Origin: Eubacteriales bacterium
GTDB taxonomy: Bacteria; Bacillota; Clostridia; Oscillospirales; QAKW01
Direction: 5' to 3'
DNA length: 64,000 nucleotides
NCBI GenBank assembly: GCA_045657265.1
Contig: JAZOSU010000013.1
Location: 74-64,073, forward strand
Shown here piece by piece: positions 57,391 to 64,000 of the stretch (within the stretch, counting starts at the first letter, position 1; each line of letters opens with the position of its first letter). Made by a program: the position numbers and the translations under genes. Below the pieces are notes generated by a model. It saw only the letters and a list, made by a program, of their open reading frames with translations, was not told the origin of the DNA and searched no databases.

Positions 57391-58404
57391 ATTGCACCTT
57401 GTAGAAACGAGGTGATCAAAATAAAAACCCCTGTATCAAGAGTTGGAAACAAGACATCCATACTGCACATTCTGTATGCTTGTTTTCCCGTTAAATTTAA
57501 CAGGTTTATCGATGTATTCGGTGGTTCGGGTAGCGTGCTGCTCGGCAAACCGGAGGTACACTCCTTTGAAGTGTATAACGACTTTGACAGAAACCTCGTT
57601 AATCTGTTTCACTGCATGAAAGAAAGAACGATGGCAACGATCCGTGAACTCGGATTCTGCAATCTTAACTCCCGTGAAGATTTTATTGCCATCCGCCGAT
57701 TTTTAGAGCATGAACAGTTTAGCGATGATTACCTGTCAGAAGAACTGCATCTAACCGAGATCATGGTGCCTCCTCCCGATGCAAAGGAATTACAGGAATT
57801 GCGTAAGCGTATCACATTAGACCATGATGTGCGCCGTGCCGCTATGTTTCTGAAACTGCTCCGCTACAGTTATTCAAGCAGCGGAAAGTCCTTTGCCTCA
57901 CAACCGTTTGATATCCGAAGGCTCTTCGGTCTCATCCAAGAGCTTGAAGACAGAATGGCAAATGTGATCATTGAGAATCAGGACTTTGAAACCCTTATCA
58001 AGCACTATGACAGACCGGATTCGTTCTTCTATCTGGACCCTCCTTACTTCTCGACCGAGGATATGTATGAGGTGGGATTTGGATGGGATGACCATGTACG
58101 ACTCAGGGATACGCTGAAGAATATCAAAGGTAAGTTCCTTCTGTCGTATAACGATTGTCCCGAAATCAGAGAACTCTACGAAGGGTTTTCAATGCTCGAC
58201 TTCTCCCGAACACATTCAATGGCACAGAGATACGAAGCTGGAAAGCAATTCGGCGAACTGCTCATTGCCAACTATGACCTGTTCGAGAGAGAAAAGAACA
58301 AACCGCAACAGTTAACCCTCTTCAATGTCTATGGCATGGAAGAAGATTACGACTACGAAAAAATACTGAAGGAGTGTATTATATCATGCAAAATAAGACC
58401 TTAA
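57388..58404 (+). CDS. DNA N6-adenine methyltransferase (Dam/D12-class), orphan
   Basis: Motif I FIDVFGGSGSV and catalytic DPPY (FFYLDPPYFS). The start is uncertain: TTG at 57388 or GTG at 57412. Confidence 0.85.
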   Translation: MIAPCRNEVIKIKTPVSRVGNKTSILHILYACFPVKFNRFIDVFGGSGSVLLGKPEVHSFEVYNDFDRNLVNLFHCMKERTMATIRELGFCNLNSREDFIAIRRFLEHEQFSDDYLSEELHLTEIMVPPPDAKELQELRKRITLDHDVRRAAMFLKLLRYSYSSSGKSFASQPFDIRRLFGLIQELEDRMANVIIENQDFETLIKHYDRPDSFFYLDPPYFSTEDMYEVGFGWDDHVRLRDTLKNIKGKFLLSYNDCPEIRELYEGFSMLDFSRTHSMAQRYEAGKQFGELLIANYDLFEREKNKPQQLTLFNVYGMEEDYDYEKILKECIISCKIRP

Positions 58405-58691
58405 AGGAAACCATGTACGAATTCTGCGACATCGTTGCAGAGGAACTCGATAAGAAAGCATACACTGCGGTGATGCTTCCTATCCCTACGGATTTGCTTG
58501 TCAAAGCAGACATCAAGCCTAACGACAAACTGATTATGATTGCCGAAGATGGCAAGTTAACCATTCAGGCATCCTGCCGTATGGAATGCAGTGCTGACTG
58601 CAACAACTGTCCGGTAGATGATATCGAGTGCGATGGCGATTGTGAAAATTGCCCTTGCCGTTTTAATTGCGATGATTCGGAGGTGGACTAA
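58386..58691 (+). CDS. AbrB/SpoVT-like fold protein with 9-Cys acidic C-terminal tail
   Basis: VMLPIPTDLLVKADIKPNDKLIMIAEDGKLTIQ resembles a swapped-hairpin barrel. The tail reads CRMECSADCNNCPVDDIECDGDCENCPCRFNCDD. Overlaps the methylase 3' end by 19 nt. Confidence 0.45.
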   Translation: MQNKTLKETMYEFCDIVAEELDKKAYTAVMLPIPTDLLVKADIKPNDKLIMIAEDGKLTIQASCRMECSADCNNCPVDDIECDGDCENCPCRFNCDDSEVD

Positions 58692-58694
58692 AAT

Positions 58695-59012
58695 ATGGCG
58701 AAGTTGTTACGTATCCTCGGTAAGCGCGGTCGCATTACCATCCCTTATGAAATCCGTCAGCGTGTCGGTTTCCGATACAATGATGTGCTTTCCTTTGAGG
58801 AAAGTGCTGACGGCCGTAGTGTTGTTGTGAAACGTGAGAAGATCTGTGATAACTGCAAAAGAGAGCAACCCGAAAAAGATGACAAGGTTACTCTCTTTGA
58901 TTTTTTGAATGGCTTATCTCCCGAACAGCAATACGCAGCTCTCGTCCACCTCTCTATGAAGTGGGCAGAGCGTAAAGGCGGTGAAGAAAATGGCAGAGAA
59001 AACATTGTATAG
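58695..59012 (+). CDS. AbrB/SpoVT-family DNA-binding protein
   Basis: LGKRGRITIPYEIRQRVGFRYNDVLSFEESADGRSVVVKRE is a typical SpoVT-AbrB domain. Confidence 0.65.
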   Translation: MAKLLRILGKRGRITIPYEIRQRVGFRYNDVLSFEESADGRSVVVKREKICDNCKREQPEKDDKVTLFDFLNGLSPEQQYAALVHLSMKWAERKGGEENGRENIV

Positions 59013-59703
59013 ATGGTCTTTGCAAGAAGCTCAAAAGCTGGGTGAAGTCGACCTTTGGCGTGAGTCATATAAGGAAAACTGCACCTGCGCAAGAGCAATT
59101 GAAGACTTCATCGCCAACCACTACGCTGACAACTGCCTCAACACAGACGGCGTAGAGGAATTGATTGACAGATTCGGTTTTAACCGTCTCAATTGGGTGC
59201 TTGCGAATACCATTCAGCGAAAGGAAGCTGACGGCAGAATCCGTGAGGAAAACAAGGCTTGGGCGAGAACCACCTATATCCCTAACGATGATATTCGTTG
59301 GCATTACGAGGTCGACTCCCATCCCGGACTGACTGATTTGTTTACCAACCGTGTTCGTAAAGAATGGAACGCTCTCGGCTTGTTCGAGAAGAAACACTGC
59401 ACTAACGAAGGCGATTACGAAGGAAAGGTTCTTGCATTAAAACCGAGTGTTTTGAAGCATGAATATCAGTCGCCCGATTACCAACTGTTCTATGCAACAG
59501 GAGGTTTCGGGTGTGATCCTTCCAAGATCGGCACAGCAGTCTATGGATATTTCCTCAAAGACGATGAACACACCCATTTCAGACGTCAGGATTTTATCGG
59601 TGTCGTTGATGAAGAATACCTTCCCGATTGGGCAAAGGAGAAGCTCGAAGCACCCGACTCAGATGAGTCCGAAGATATTACTATTGGAGGTATGCAGCAG
59701 TGA
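58990..59703 (+). CDS. DUF3849-domain protein
   Basis: LYRWSLQEAQKLGEVDLWRESYKENCTCARAIEDFIANHY..N.L......ELIDRFGFNRLNWVLANTIQ.K..DGR...ENKAWA matches my memory of DUF3849. Confidence 0.65.
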   Translation: MAEKTLYRWSLQEAQKLGEVDLWRESYKENCTCARAIEDFIANHYADNCLNTDGVEELIDRFGFNRLNWVLANTIQRKEADGRIREENKAWARTTYIPNDDIRWHYEVDSHPGLTDLFTNRVRKEWNALGLFEKKHCTNEGDYEGKVLALKPSVLKHEYQSPDYQLFYATGGFGCDPSKIGTAVYGYFLKDDEHTHFRRQDFIGVVDEEYLPDWAKEKLEAPDSDESEDITIGGMQQ

Positions 59704-60368
59704 GAGTAAACATTTATCACATCAACAAAGCAAGGGATGTCAACGGCAAACTCTATTCCGTTTATCAGAACGGAGATGTAGTTGACCCCTCAATCTATGA
59801 CGAGGTATTCAGTGCAGAACTTGATACCACAAACCTCGAAGAAATCCATCGAATGATGAAATTCGAAGGTCATCCGCTGATGAGAGCCGCGAACCTTACG
59901 GTGTCCGATGTTGTGGTCATCAATGGCAGAGCCAGTATCTGTCAGCCTCGCGGATTTGAGGAAATCGACTTCGACGTGAGCAAAACGCAGAAGCCGGATA
60001 ACCTCATGCGTGTAGTGTATGTTGAACCCAACAAACCTGCCTATATTGCAGATGTTGAACATACACTGGAGGCAGAACAAAAGGCAGTTGGTGGCGGTCT
60101 TATTCAGCCTGTGTATTTAGAGGATGATAATACCTGCATCATTTGCAATGAAGAAGCGAAGCTCAACGGTATGGAAGGCAACAGACGGTTCGGAGATGGT
60201 ACATCTATCATCGCCGGACCGTTTTTTGTTTGCGGTCTTACCGAGGATGACTTTAGATCATTAACGGATGAGGAGGTGACGAAATATATGGACAAGTTCG
60301 CTGTGCCTGACCAAATCAGTCAGGACGAAGTCGAAGCCGACATGGGCTTCACATTTATCCCTATGTAA
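59700..60368 (+). CDS. YodL-like domain + DUF3846 domain protein
   Basis: GTG start overlapping the upstream stop. The N-terminus (IYHINK...YDEVFSAEL....LEEIHRMMKFEGHPLMRAANLTVSDVVVING) is YodL-like. The C-terminus (MRVVYVEPNKPAYIADVEHTLEAEQKAVGGGLIQPVY...IICNEEAKLNGMEGNRRF...GPFFVCG) is DUF3846-like. Confidence 0.6.
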   Translation: MRVNIYHINKARDVNGKLYSVYQNGDVVDPSIYDEVFSAELDTTNLEEIHRMMKFEGHPLMRAANLTVSDVVVINGRASICQPRGFEEIDFDVSKTQKPDNLMRVVYVEPNKPAYIADVEHTLEAEQKAVGGGLIQPVYLEDDNTCIICNEEAKLNGMEGNRRFGDGTSIIAGPFFVCGLTEDDFRSLTDEEVTKYMDKFAVPDQISQDEVEADMGFTFIPM

Positions 60369-60395
60369 CAAATAACGAAAGTGAGGTAACGCCTT

Positions 60396-60842
60396 ATGGC
60401 AACTAAAAAAACAACCCCCAAGGCAGCTCCTAAGACTGCCGAGAAGAAAACCAATCAGACTGTGGATAACAATCAGACCGCAGAAAAGCCTCAGTACCGT
60501 GTACCGTTCATTTCTGCCAAGATCGACAGACTTGTTGATTACGATGGTAGTAAGGTGAAGGCAATCGCAAGCGCGGTTATTGGCAACCATTTTGCCGTCC
60601 ACGGCTTCAAGGTTATCGAAAACGATGCCGGTGAACTCGCCGTTTTGAATCCTGCGACAAAGGGTTCTGACGGTAAGTATTATGATAACTTCCACGCAAT
60701 CAGCAAAGATGGTCGTGAAGCTATCAACGGATATATTCTCGATGCCTATGAGCAGAAACTCGCTGAGGAACAAGGCGAGGATCAGGATGCCGAACAGGGC
60801 GAAACTGCCGATGAAGACCAAACAGTCGGCCCCAGTATGTAG
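60396..60842 (+). CDS. SpoVG-like protein with acidic tail
   Basis: DGSKVKAIASAVIGNHFAVHGFKVIENDAGELAVLNPATKGSDGKYYDNFHAISKDGREAINGYILDAYE aligns by eye with the SpoVG core (MKAIASITID..FVVHDIRVI.G..GLFVAMPS.R...G.F.DIAHPI....RE.I...VL). Confidence 0.6.
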   Translation: MATKKTTPKAAPKTAEKKTNQTVDNNQTAEKPQYRVPFISAKIDRLVDYDGSKVKAIASAVIGNHFAVHGFKVIENDAGELAVLNPATKGSDGKYYDNFHAISKDGREAINGYILDAYEQKLAEEQGEDQDAEQGETADEDQTVGPSM

Positions 60843-60921
60843 CCTTTTCGGTTAAAGTTTAGCATAAACGCTGGACTTTTCAGTTTCTCTTTGTATCCTA
60901 AAGGTAAAGAGGTGAACTATT

Positions 60922-61797
60922 ATGATGAAAAGATTACTATCTGCCTTCCTATGTGCTCTCCTTATTGTGAGCCTTTCAGGATGCAAAACTCAACCTGTAG
61001 GTGATGGTTCCGAGATTGCTTCGAGTATCACCGAAACCGCTAAAATGACTGTGTCAGATGTGACATCGGGCAACGATGAAACGACAAAGAGCGATGACAT
61101 CACTGCCACAGAAAGCGAAACGGAAAGCACCGAAGAAAGTAGTTTGACTTCCGAAAAGAAATCCATACCTACAGAAAAAGAAACAACTGAAAAGGCAGAA
61201 CCACCCACACAAAAGGTTGAGGAAACAAAACCTCAAACCAAACCGACAGAAACGCAACCCGAATCAAAGCCAAAGGAAGAACCGGTTAAGGAAACGACCA
61301 CACCAACTGAACCTGTGGTAACAGAAACACCGTATGTAAGACCAAGTGCTTCTGAGGTGGAGAAAGCGGTTGTAAAGTATGTCAATCAATATCGACTTGC
61401 TCAGAGTAGCACCGAAACCACAACACTGCCCGGACTCACAAACGTGGCAAGACATCGAGCAAACCAACTGATATCAAACTTTGCTCATACCGACATCAGA
61501 ACAGTGTGCGCCGAACTCAAGTACGGCAAGTATGTGGACATGACGGAGTATGGGCATCCCGAAACGGACAACTACTATGAAGGCTATAACCGAGAAGCAA
61601 TCGCCAAAGGCGGTTGGGGCGGTACGGCTGATGAGATAGCAGAAAGAATCGCAACGGGATTTAAGAACAGTACAAATCACTGGAGATATGTTGGAGATTC
61701 AAAGTACGGATATATGTCGGTAGGCGTAACCTACAACGAAGCCGATGGAATGTGGTATGTGTGTATCTGTATGAGCAAAGAAAACTACGGCGGTTAA
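60922..61797 (+). CDS. lipoprotein with T/E/K/P-rich linker and CAP (SCP/PR-1-like) domain
   Basis: Lipobox VSLSGC. A low-complexity linker of about 110 aa. The C-terminal domain (KAVVKYVNQYRLAQ..., HTDI.., NHWRYVGDSKYGYMSVGV) looks CAP-like. Confidence 0.55.
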   Translation: MMKRLLSAFLCALLIVSLSGCKTQPVGDGSEIASSITETAKMTVSDVTSGNDETTKSDDITATESETESTEESSLTSEKKSIPTEKETTEKAEPPTQKVEETKPQTKPTETQPESKPKEEPVKETTTPTEPVVTETPYVRPSASEVEKAVVKYVNQYRLAQSSTETTTLPGLTNVARHRANQLISNFAHTDIRTVCAELKYGKYVDMTEYGHPETDNYYEGYNREAIAKGGWGGTADEIAERIATGFKNSTNHWRYVGDSKYGYMSVGVTYNEADGMWYVCICMSKENYGG

Positions 61798-61810
61798 ACC
61801 GTAATAAGCA

Positions 61811-61856
61811 AGGTGGAGTTTGATGCATAAGCATCAGGCTCCACCTATTTTTTATT
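61811..61856 (+). terminator. rho-independent terminator
   Basis: AGGTGGAG...CTCCACCT long hairpin (inner TGATGC/GCATCA) followed by ATTTTTTATTT. Confidence 0.6.
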
Positions 61857-61880
61857 TCAATCTATGAAAGGATGATTTGA

Positions 61881-64000
61881 ATGAAATCTATCAGTAACAA
61901 TTGGAAAAGAACAATGGCGATGTTGCTTGCGGTAATTATGGTGATTGCAGCATTCCCGATGAACGCCTTTGCCGCCGTTGCCTCTGATCTTCCCGAAAAC
62001 ATGGCTGACCACGCTATTCTTAGAGCGTTGGAGTACACTGGTTATGACGTGCAGAAGCAGAAGAATGATGGCACTCTTTATCAGACCAACAGTTATGGTT
62101 CGAGAACCCCTGCAGCTGTGCTTTCTAACATCAGTTATGGCACAAGCACCTCAGGTAAAGAAACCGTTGCAGACAGTTCTACGGTGACCGGCAAAGCACC
62201 GGCAATCGCAACCTTTGAAAGCAAAGGTCTTTGCTGTGCGTCCTTCGTAACCTATTTCGTTTGCAACTATCTGCCTAACATCGAAGGTGCGAATACACAG
62301 TTTATTACCGATGCAATCAATGCAACCGGAATGAACTCTCAGGCTGTTGTAACTTGGCAGACGGCTCTCAACAAACTTGCCAATGAAGGTAAGATCGAGA
62401 AGATCGGCACAAGTTCCTCTAATGTCAATCGAAGCAAACTCACCCCCGGCGACCTTATTATCTTTGGTACTGCTGAAAACTCCCATACCCACATCGCAGT
62501 ATATTCGGGAACCTACAAAGGCGTTGACTACATTATCCATGTTGGTAATGATAGAGGCCCCGAAATCTCCCGTGTTGACTGGATGGGTCAGGCTGGCGAC
62601 AAGTCTTCGTATCCTAACGCATACTACCATCTTCCCGAAGAATTCTTTGAGAATGACGGTACTATCGAAATCTACAAGAAGGATACCAATGGCAAGTCTC
62701 TTGCAGGTGCGACCTTTACCGCAACCGATAGTGCGACCGGTACGAAATATGTAATCGGCCCCACCAATTCCAATGGCTATGCGGAATACACTCTCCCTTA
62801 CGGAACTTATACCGTAGTAGAGTCAGCATTTCCTACCAACTACCGAGCATACGGTACTGCCTCTTGGACGGTTACGCTCGACAGTTCTTCTCCTAACGGA
62901 ACGGTAACTATCAATGCCGTAAATGAACTAATCCCCGGCAATTGTAAGATTGTCAAGACCAGTGAAGACGGCAAGGTTGACGGCATCGACTTCACCATTA
63001 CAGGTAACGGCGTTAATAAGACGGTCACGACTGCAAATGGCGGTCAGATCACCGTTAAGGATCTTAAACCCGGCACCTATACTGTGACCGAGAAAGCCAT
63101 CGACAAATACGAGCCTCAGTCGAGTCAGAGCGTAACAATCGTAAGTGGTCAGACTGCAACGGTCAACTTCTCCAACACCTTAAAGCGTGGCGACCTCAAG
63201 GTAACCAAGACTTCTGAGGACGGCCTCGTAGAAGGCGTACAGTTTAAACTCACAGGTACGTCCCTCAGCGGTGAAAAGATTGAGCAGTTCGCAGTAACCA
63301 ACGCAAAAGGTATCGCAACCTTCTCTGATGTCCTTATCAGTGGCAATGTGAAATACACCTTGTCCGAAGTAAACACCGCAGAGCGATACGAAGTTCCTGC
63401 TTCTCAGTCTGTGGCTGTTGAGTGGAATAAGGTGACCGAAACCTCCGTATATAACAAACTCAAGCGCGGTGATTTGAAGATCACCAAAACGAGTGAAGAC
63501 GGTATGGTTGAAGGCGTTAAGTTCCGCTTGACTGGAACCTCTCTCAGCGGTGAGAAAATCGACTTGACTGCTACCACCAATGCAAACGGTGTGGCACTCT
63601 TCGAAGATATCCTCATCACTGGTCATTCCACCTATACCGTAACTGAGGTTGACACCAAGGCGTATTATATCGCCCCTGTAGCTCAGTCGGTTTCTATCGC
63701 ATGGAATGAAGTTACCAACAAGTCGTTCTATAACGAACTCAAGCGTGGCTCTCTCCGTGTACAGAAGACTTCCGAAGATGGATTCGTGGAAGACATGAGA
63801 TTCCGTCTCACCGGAACCTCTGATTCTGGCATTAAGGTAGACGAAACTGTCTATACCGATGCAAACGGCGTTGCTCTGTTCGAAGATATCCTCATCGGCA
63901 AGAACTATGTACTGACAGAGGAAAAAACGCCTATCCGTTATGTCGTACCTGCTAAGCAGACTGTGGATATTGCGTGGAACAGCGTAACAGGTGCATCCGT
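61881..64000 (+). CDS. secreted surface protein: NlpC/P60-like cysteine peptidase domain + Cna-B/SpaA-type Ig-fold repeats (3' partial)
   Basis: I translated this open frame from the ATG at 61881 to the window end without meeting a stop. It is absent from the ORF track because no stop codon lies in the window. Signal peptide ...AAFPMNAFA|AVAS. Peptidase motifs GLCCASFV ... HTHIAVYSG ... IIHVG. At least five ~93-aa repeats follow (GxLxIxKxxEDG..VEGVxFxLTG...). Confidence 0.8.
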   Translation, partial: MKSISNNWKRTMAMLLAVIMVIAAFPMNAFAAVASDLPENMADHAILRALEYTGYDVQKQKNDGTLYQTNSYGSRTPAAVLSNISYGTSTSGKETVADSSTVTGKAPAIATFESKGLCCASFVTYFVCNYLPNIEGANTQFITDAINATGMNSQAVVTWQTALNKLANEGKIEKIGTSSSNVNRSKLTPGDLIIFGTAENSHTHIAVYSGTYKGVDYIIHVGNDRGPEISRVDWMGQAGDKSSYPNAYYHLPEEFFENDGTIEIYKKDTNGKSLAGATFTATDSATGTKYVIGPTNSNGYAEYTLPYGTYTVVESAFPTNYRAYGTASWTVTLDSSSPNGTVTINAVNELIPGNCKIVKTSEDGKVDGIDFTITGNGVNKTVTTANGGQITVKDLKPGTYTVTEKAIDKYEPQSSQSVTIVSGQTATVNFSNTLKRGDLKVTKTSEDGLVEGVQFKLTGTSLSGEKIEQFAVTNAKGIATFSDVLISGNVKYTLSEVNTAERYEVPASQSVAVEWNKVTETSVYNKLKRGDLKITKTSEDGMVEGVKFRLTGTSLSGEKIDLTATTNANGVALFEDILITGHSTYTVTEVDTKAYYIAPVAQSVSIAWNEVTNKSFYNELKRGSLRVQKTSEDGFVEDMRFRLTGTSDSGIKVDETVYTDANGVALFEDILIGKNYVLTEEKTPIRYVVPAKQTVDIAWNSVTGAS
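63183..64000 (+). repeat. 279-nt (93-codon) tandem coding repeats, three copies in window
   Basis: Units start at 63183, 63462 and 63741 (KRGDLKVTKTSEDG.. / KRGDLKITKTSEDG.. / KRGSLRVQKTSEDG..). They are diverged at the DNA level. Two more distant Cna-B-like units lie at ~62650 and ~62940. Confidence 0.8.

Larger units (their letters stand above)
51561..64000 (+). mobile_element. end of an integrated conjugative/mobilisable element (extends beyond window)
   Basis: There is an abrupt compositional shift at the tRNA-Pro break. All ORFs are co-oriented and translationally coupled. Gene content is typical of Firmicutes conjugative elements (ArdA-like, orphan methylases, DUF4314, DUF3849, YodL, DUF3846, NlpC/P60 + Cna-B surface protein). 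Confidence 0.75.

Noticed and set aside
54761-58404. I looked for a restriction endonuclease partner that would make the methylases a complete RM system.
   Set aside because: All neighbouring ORFs are accounted for (ArdA-like, TM peptide, AbrB-fold, DUF families). None has PD-(D/E)xK-, HNH- or GIY-YIG-like motifs that I can see, so the methylases are treated as orphans.
52590-59703. Several element proteins end in a similar tail after an acidic stretch (..NIGGMSQ, ..KMGGM, ..TIGGMQQ, ..HNIGGEN). This looked like a shared C-terminal secretion or translocation signal.
   Set aside because: The Gly-Gly codons are GGA GGT / GGA GGA. They are the in-frame reading of the GGAGG Shine-Dalgarno sequence of the next, overlapping gene (starts at 53195, 54050, 55927, 59700). 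The motif is a by-product of tight translational coupling, not evidence of a signal.
63183-64000. The regularly spaced repeats might have been a CRISPR-like array.
   Set aside because: The units are 279 nt, contiguous with no spacers, in frame, and encode Cna-B-type Ig domains of a surface protein. No CRISPR array or cas gene is present anywhere in the window.

Overview
This window is a low-GC (about one third G+C, judged by eye) chromosome segment of a spore-former-type Clostridia/Firmicutes organism. Positions 1-51560 are ordinary core genome. They carry yabP-yabQ-divIC, tRNA-Ser, rpsT, a SigH-like sigma factor, a PerR / reverse-rubrerythrin / ferritin cluster with a second rubrerythrin, and four aminoacyl-tRNA synthetases (glnS, gltX, argS, trpS). 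They also carry hpf, pcrA, an LtaS-family enzyme, rplS, murI-ddl, tadA, a MOP flippase-mazG-hup-yabO block, a Spo0A-like gene with a degenerate receiver, wall-glycan genes (tagO/wecB type), an ABC transporter, a Crp/Fnr regulator, a NuoE/NuoF/GltD-fusion oxidoreductase (Stn/Bfu-like) divergent from gdhA, and tex. Decay products are present: two multi-frameshift pseudogenes, an IS1182-like transposase remnant and a MITE-like hairpin cluster. At 51516-51560 only the 3' half of a tRNA-Pro(UGG) remains, from the anticodon loop to CCA, still followed by its terminator. From 51561 to the window end the DNA is clearly GC-richer (roughly 45-50% by eye) and all genes are co-oriented and tightly coupled. 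I read this as the end of an integrated conjugative element. The element segment looks like an establishment / anti-defence island. It encodes an ADP-ribosyltransferase-like protein, three very acidic unknown proteins, DUF4314, an orphan C5-cytosine methylase, a tandem ArdA-like protein, an orphan N6-adenine methylase, two AbrB-fold proteins (one with a 9-Cys tail), DUF3849, YodL+DUF3846 and a SpoVG-like protein. These are followed by a CAP-domain lipoprotein and a large NlpC/P60 + Cna-B-repeat surface protein that runs off the window. The unannotatable ORFs in that island are the best candidates here for undescribed biology. All calls rest on reading the sequence and ORF translations by eye; no searches were run.
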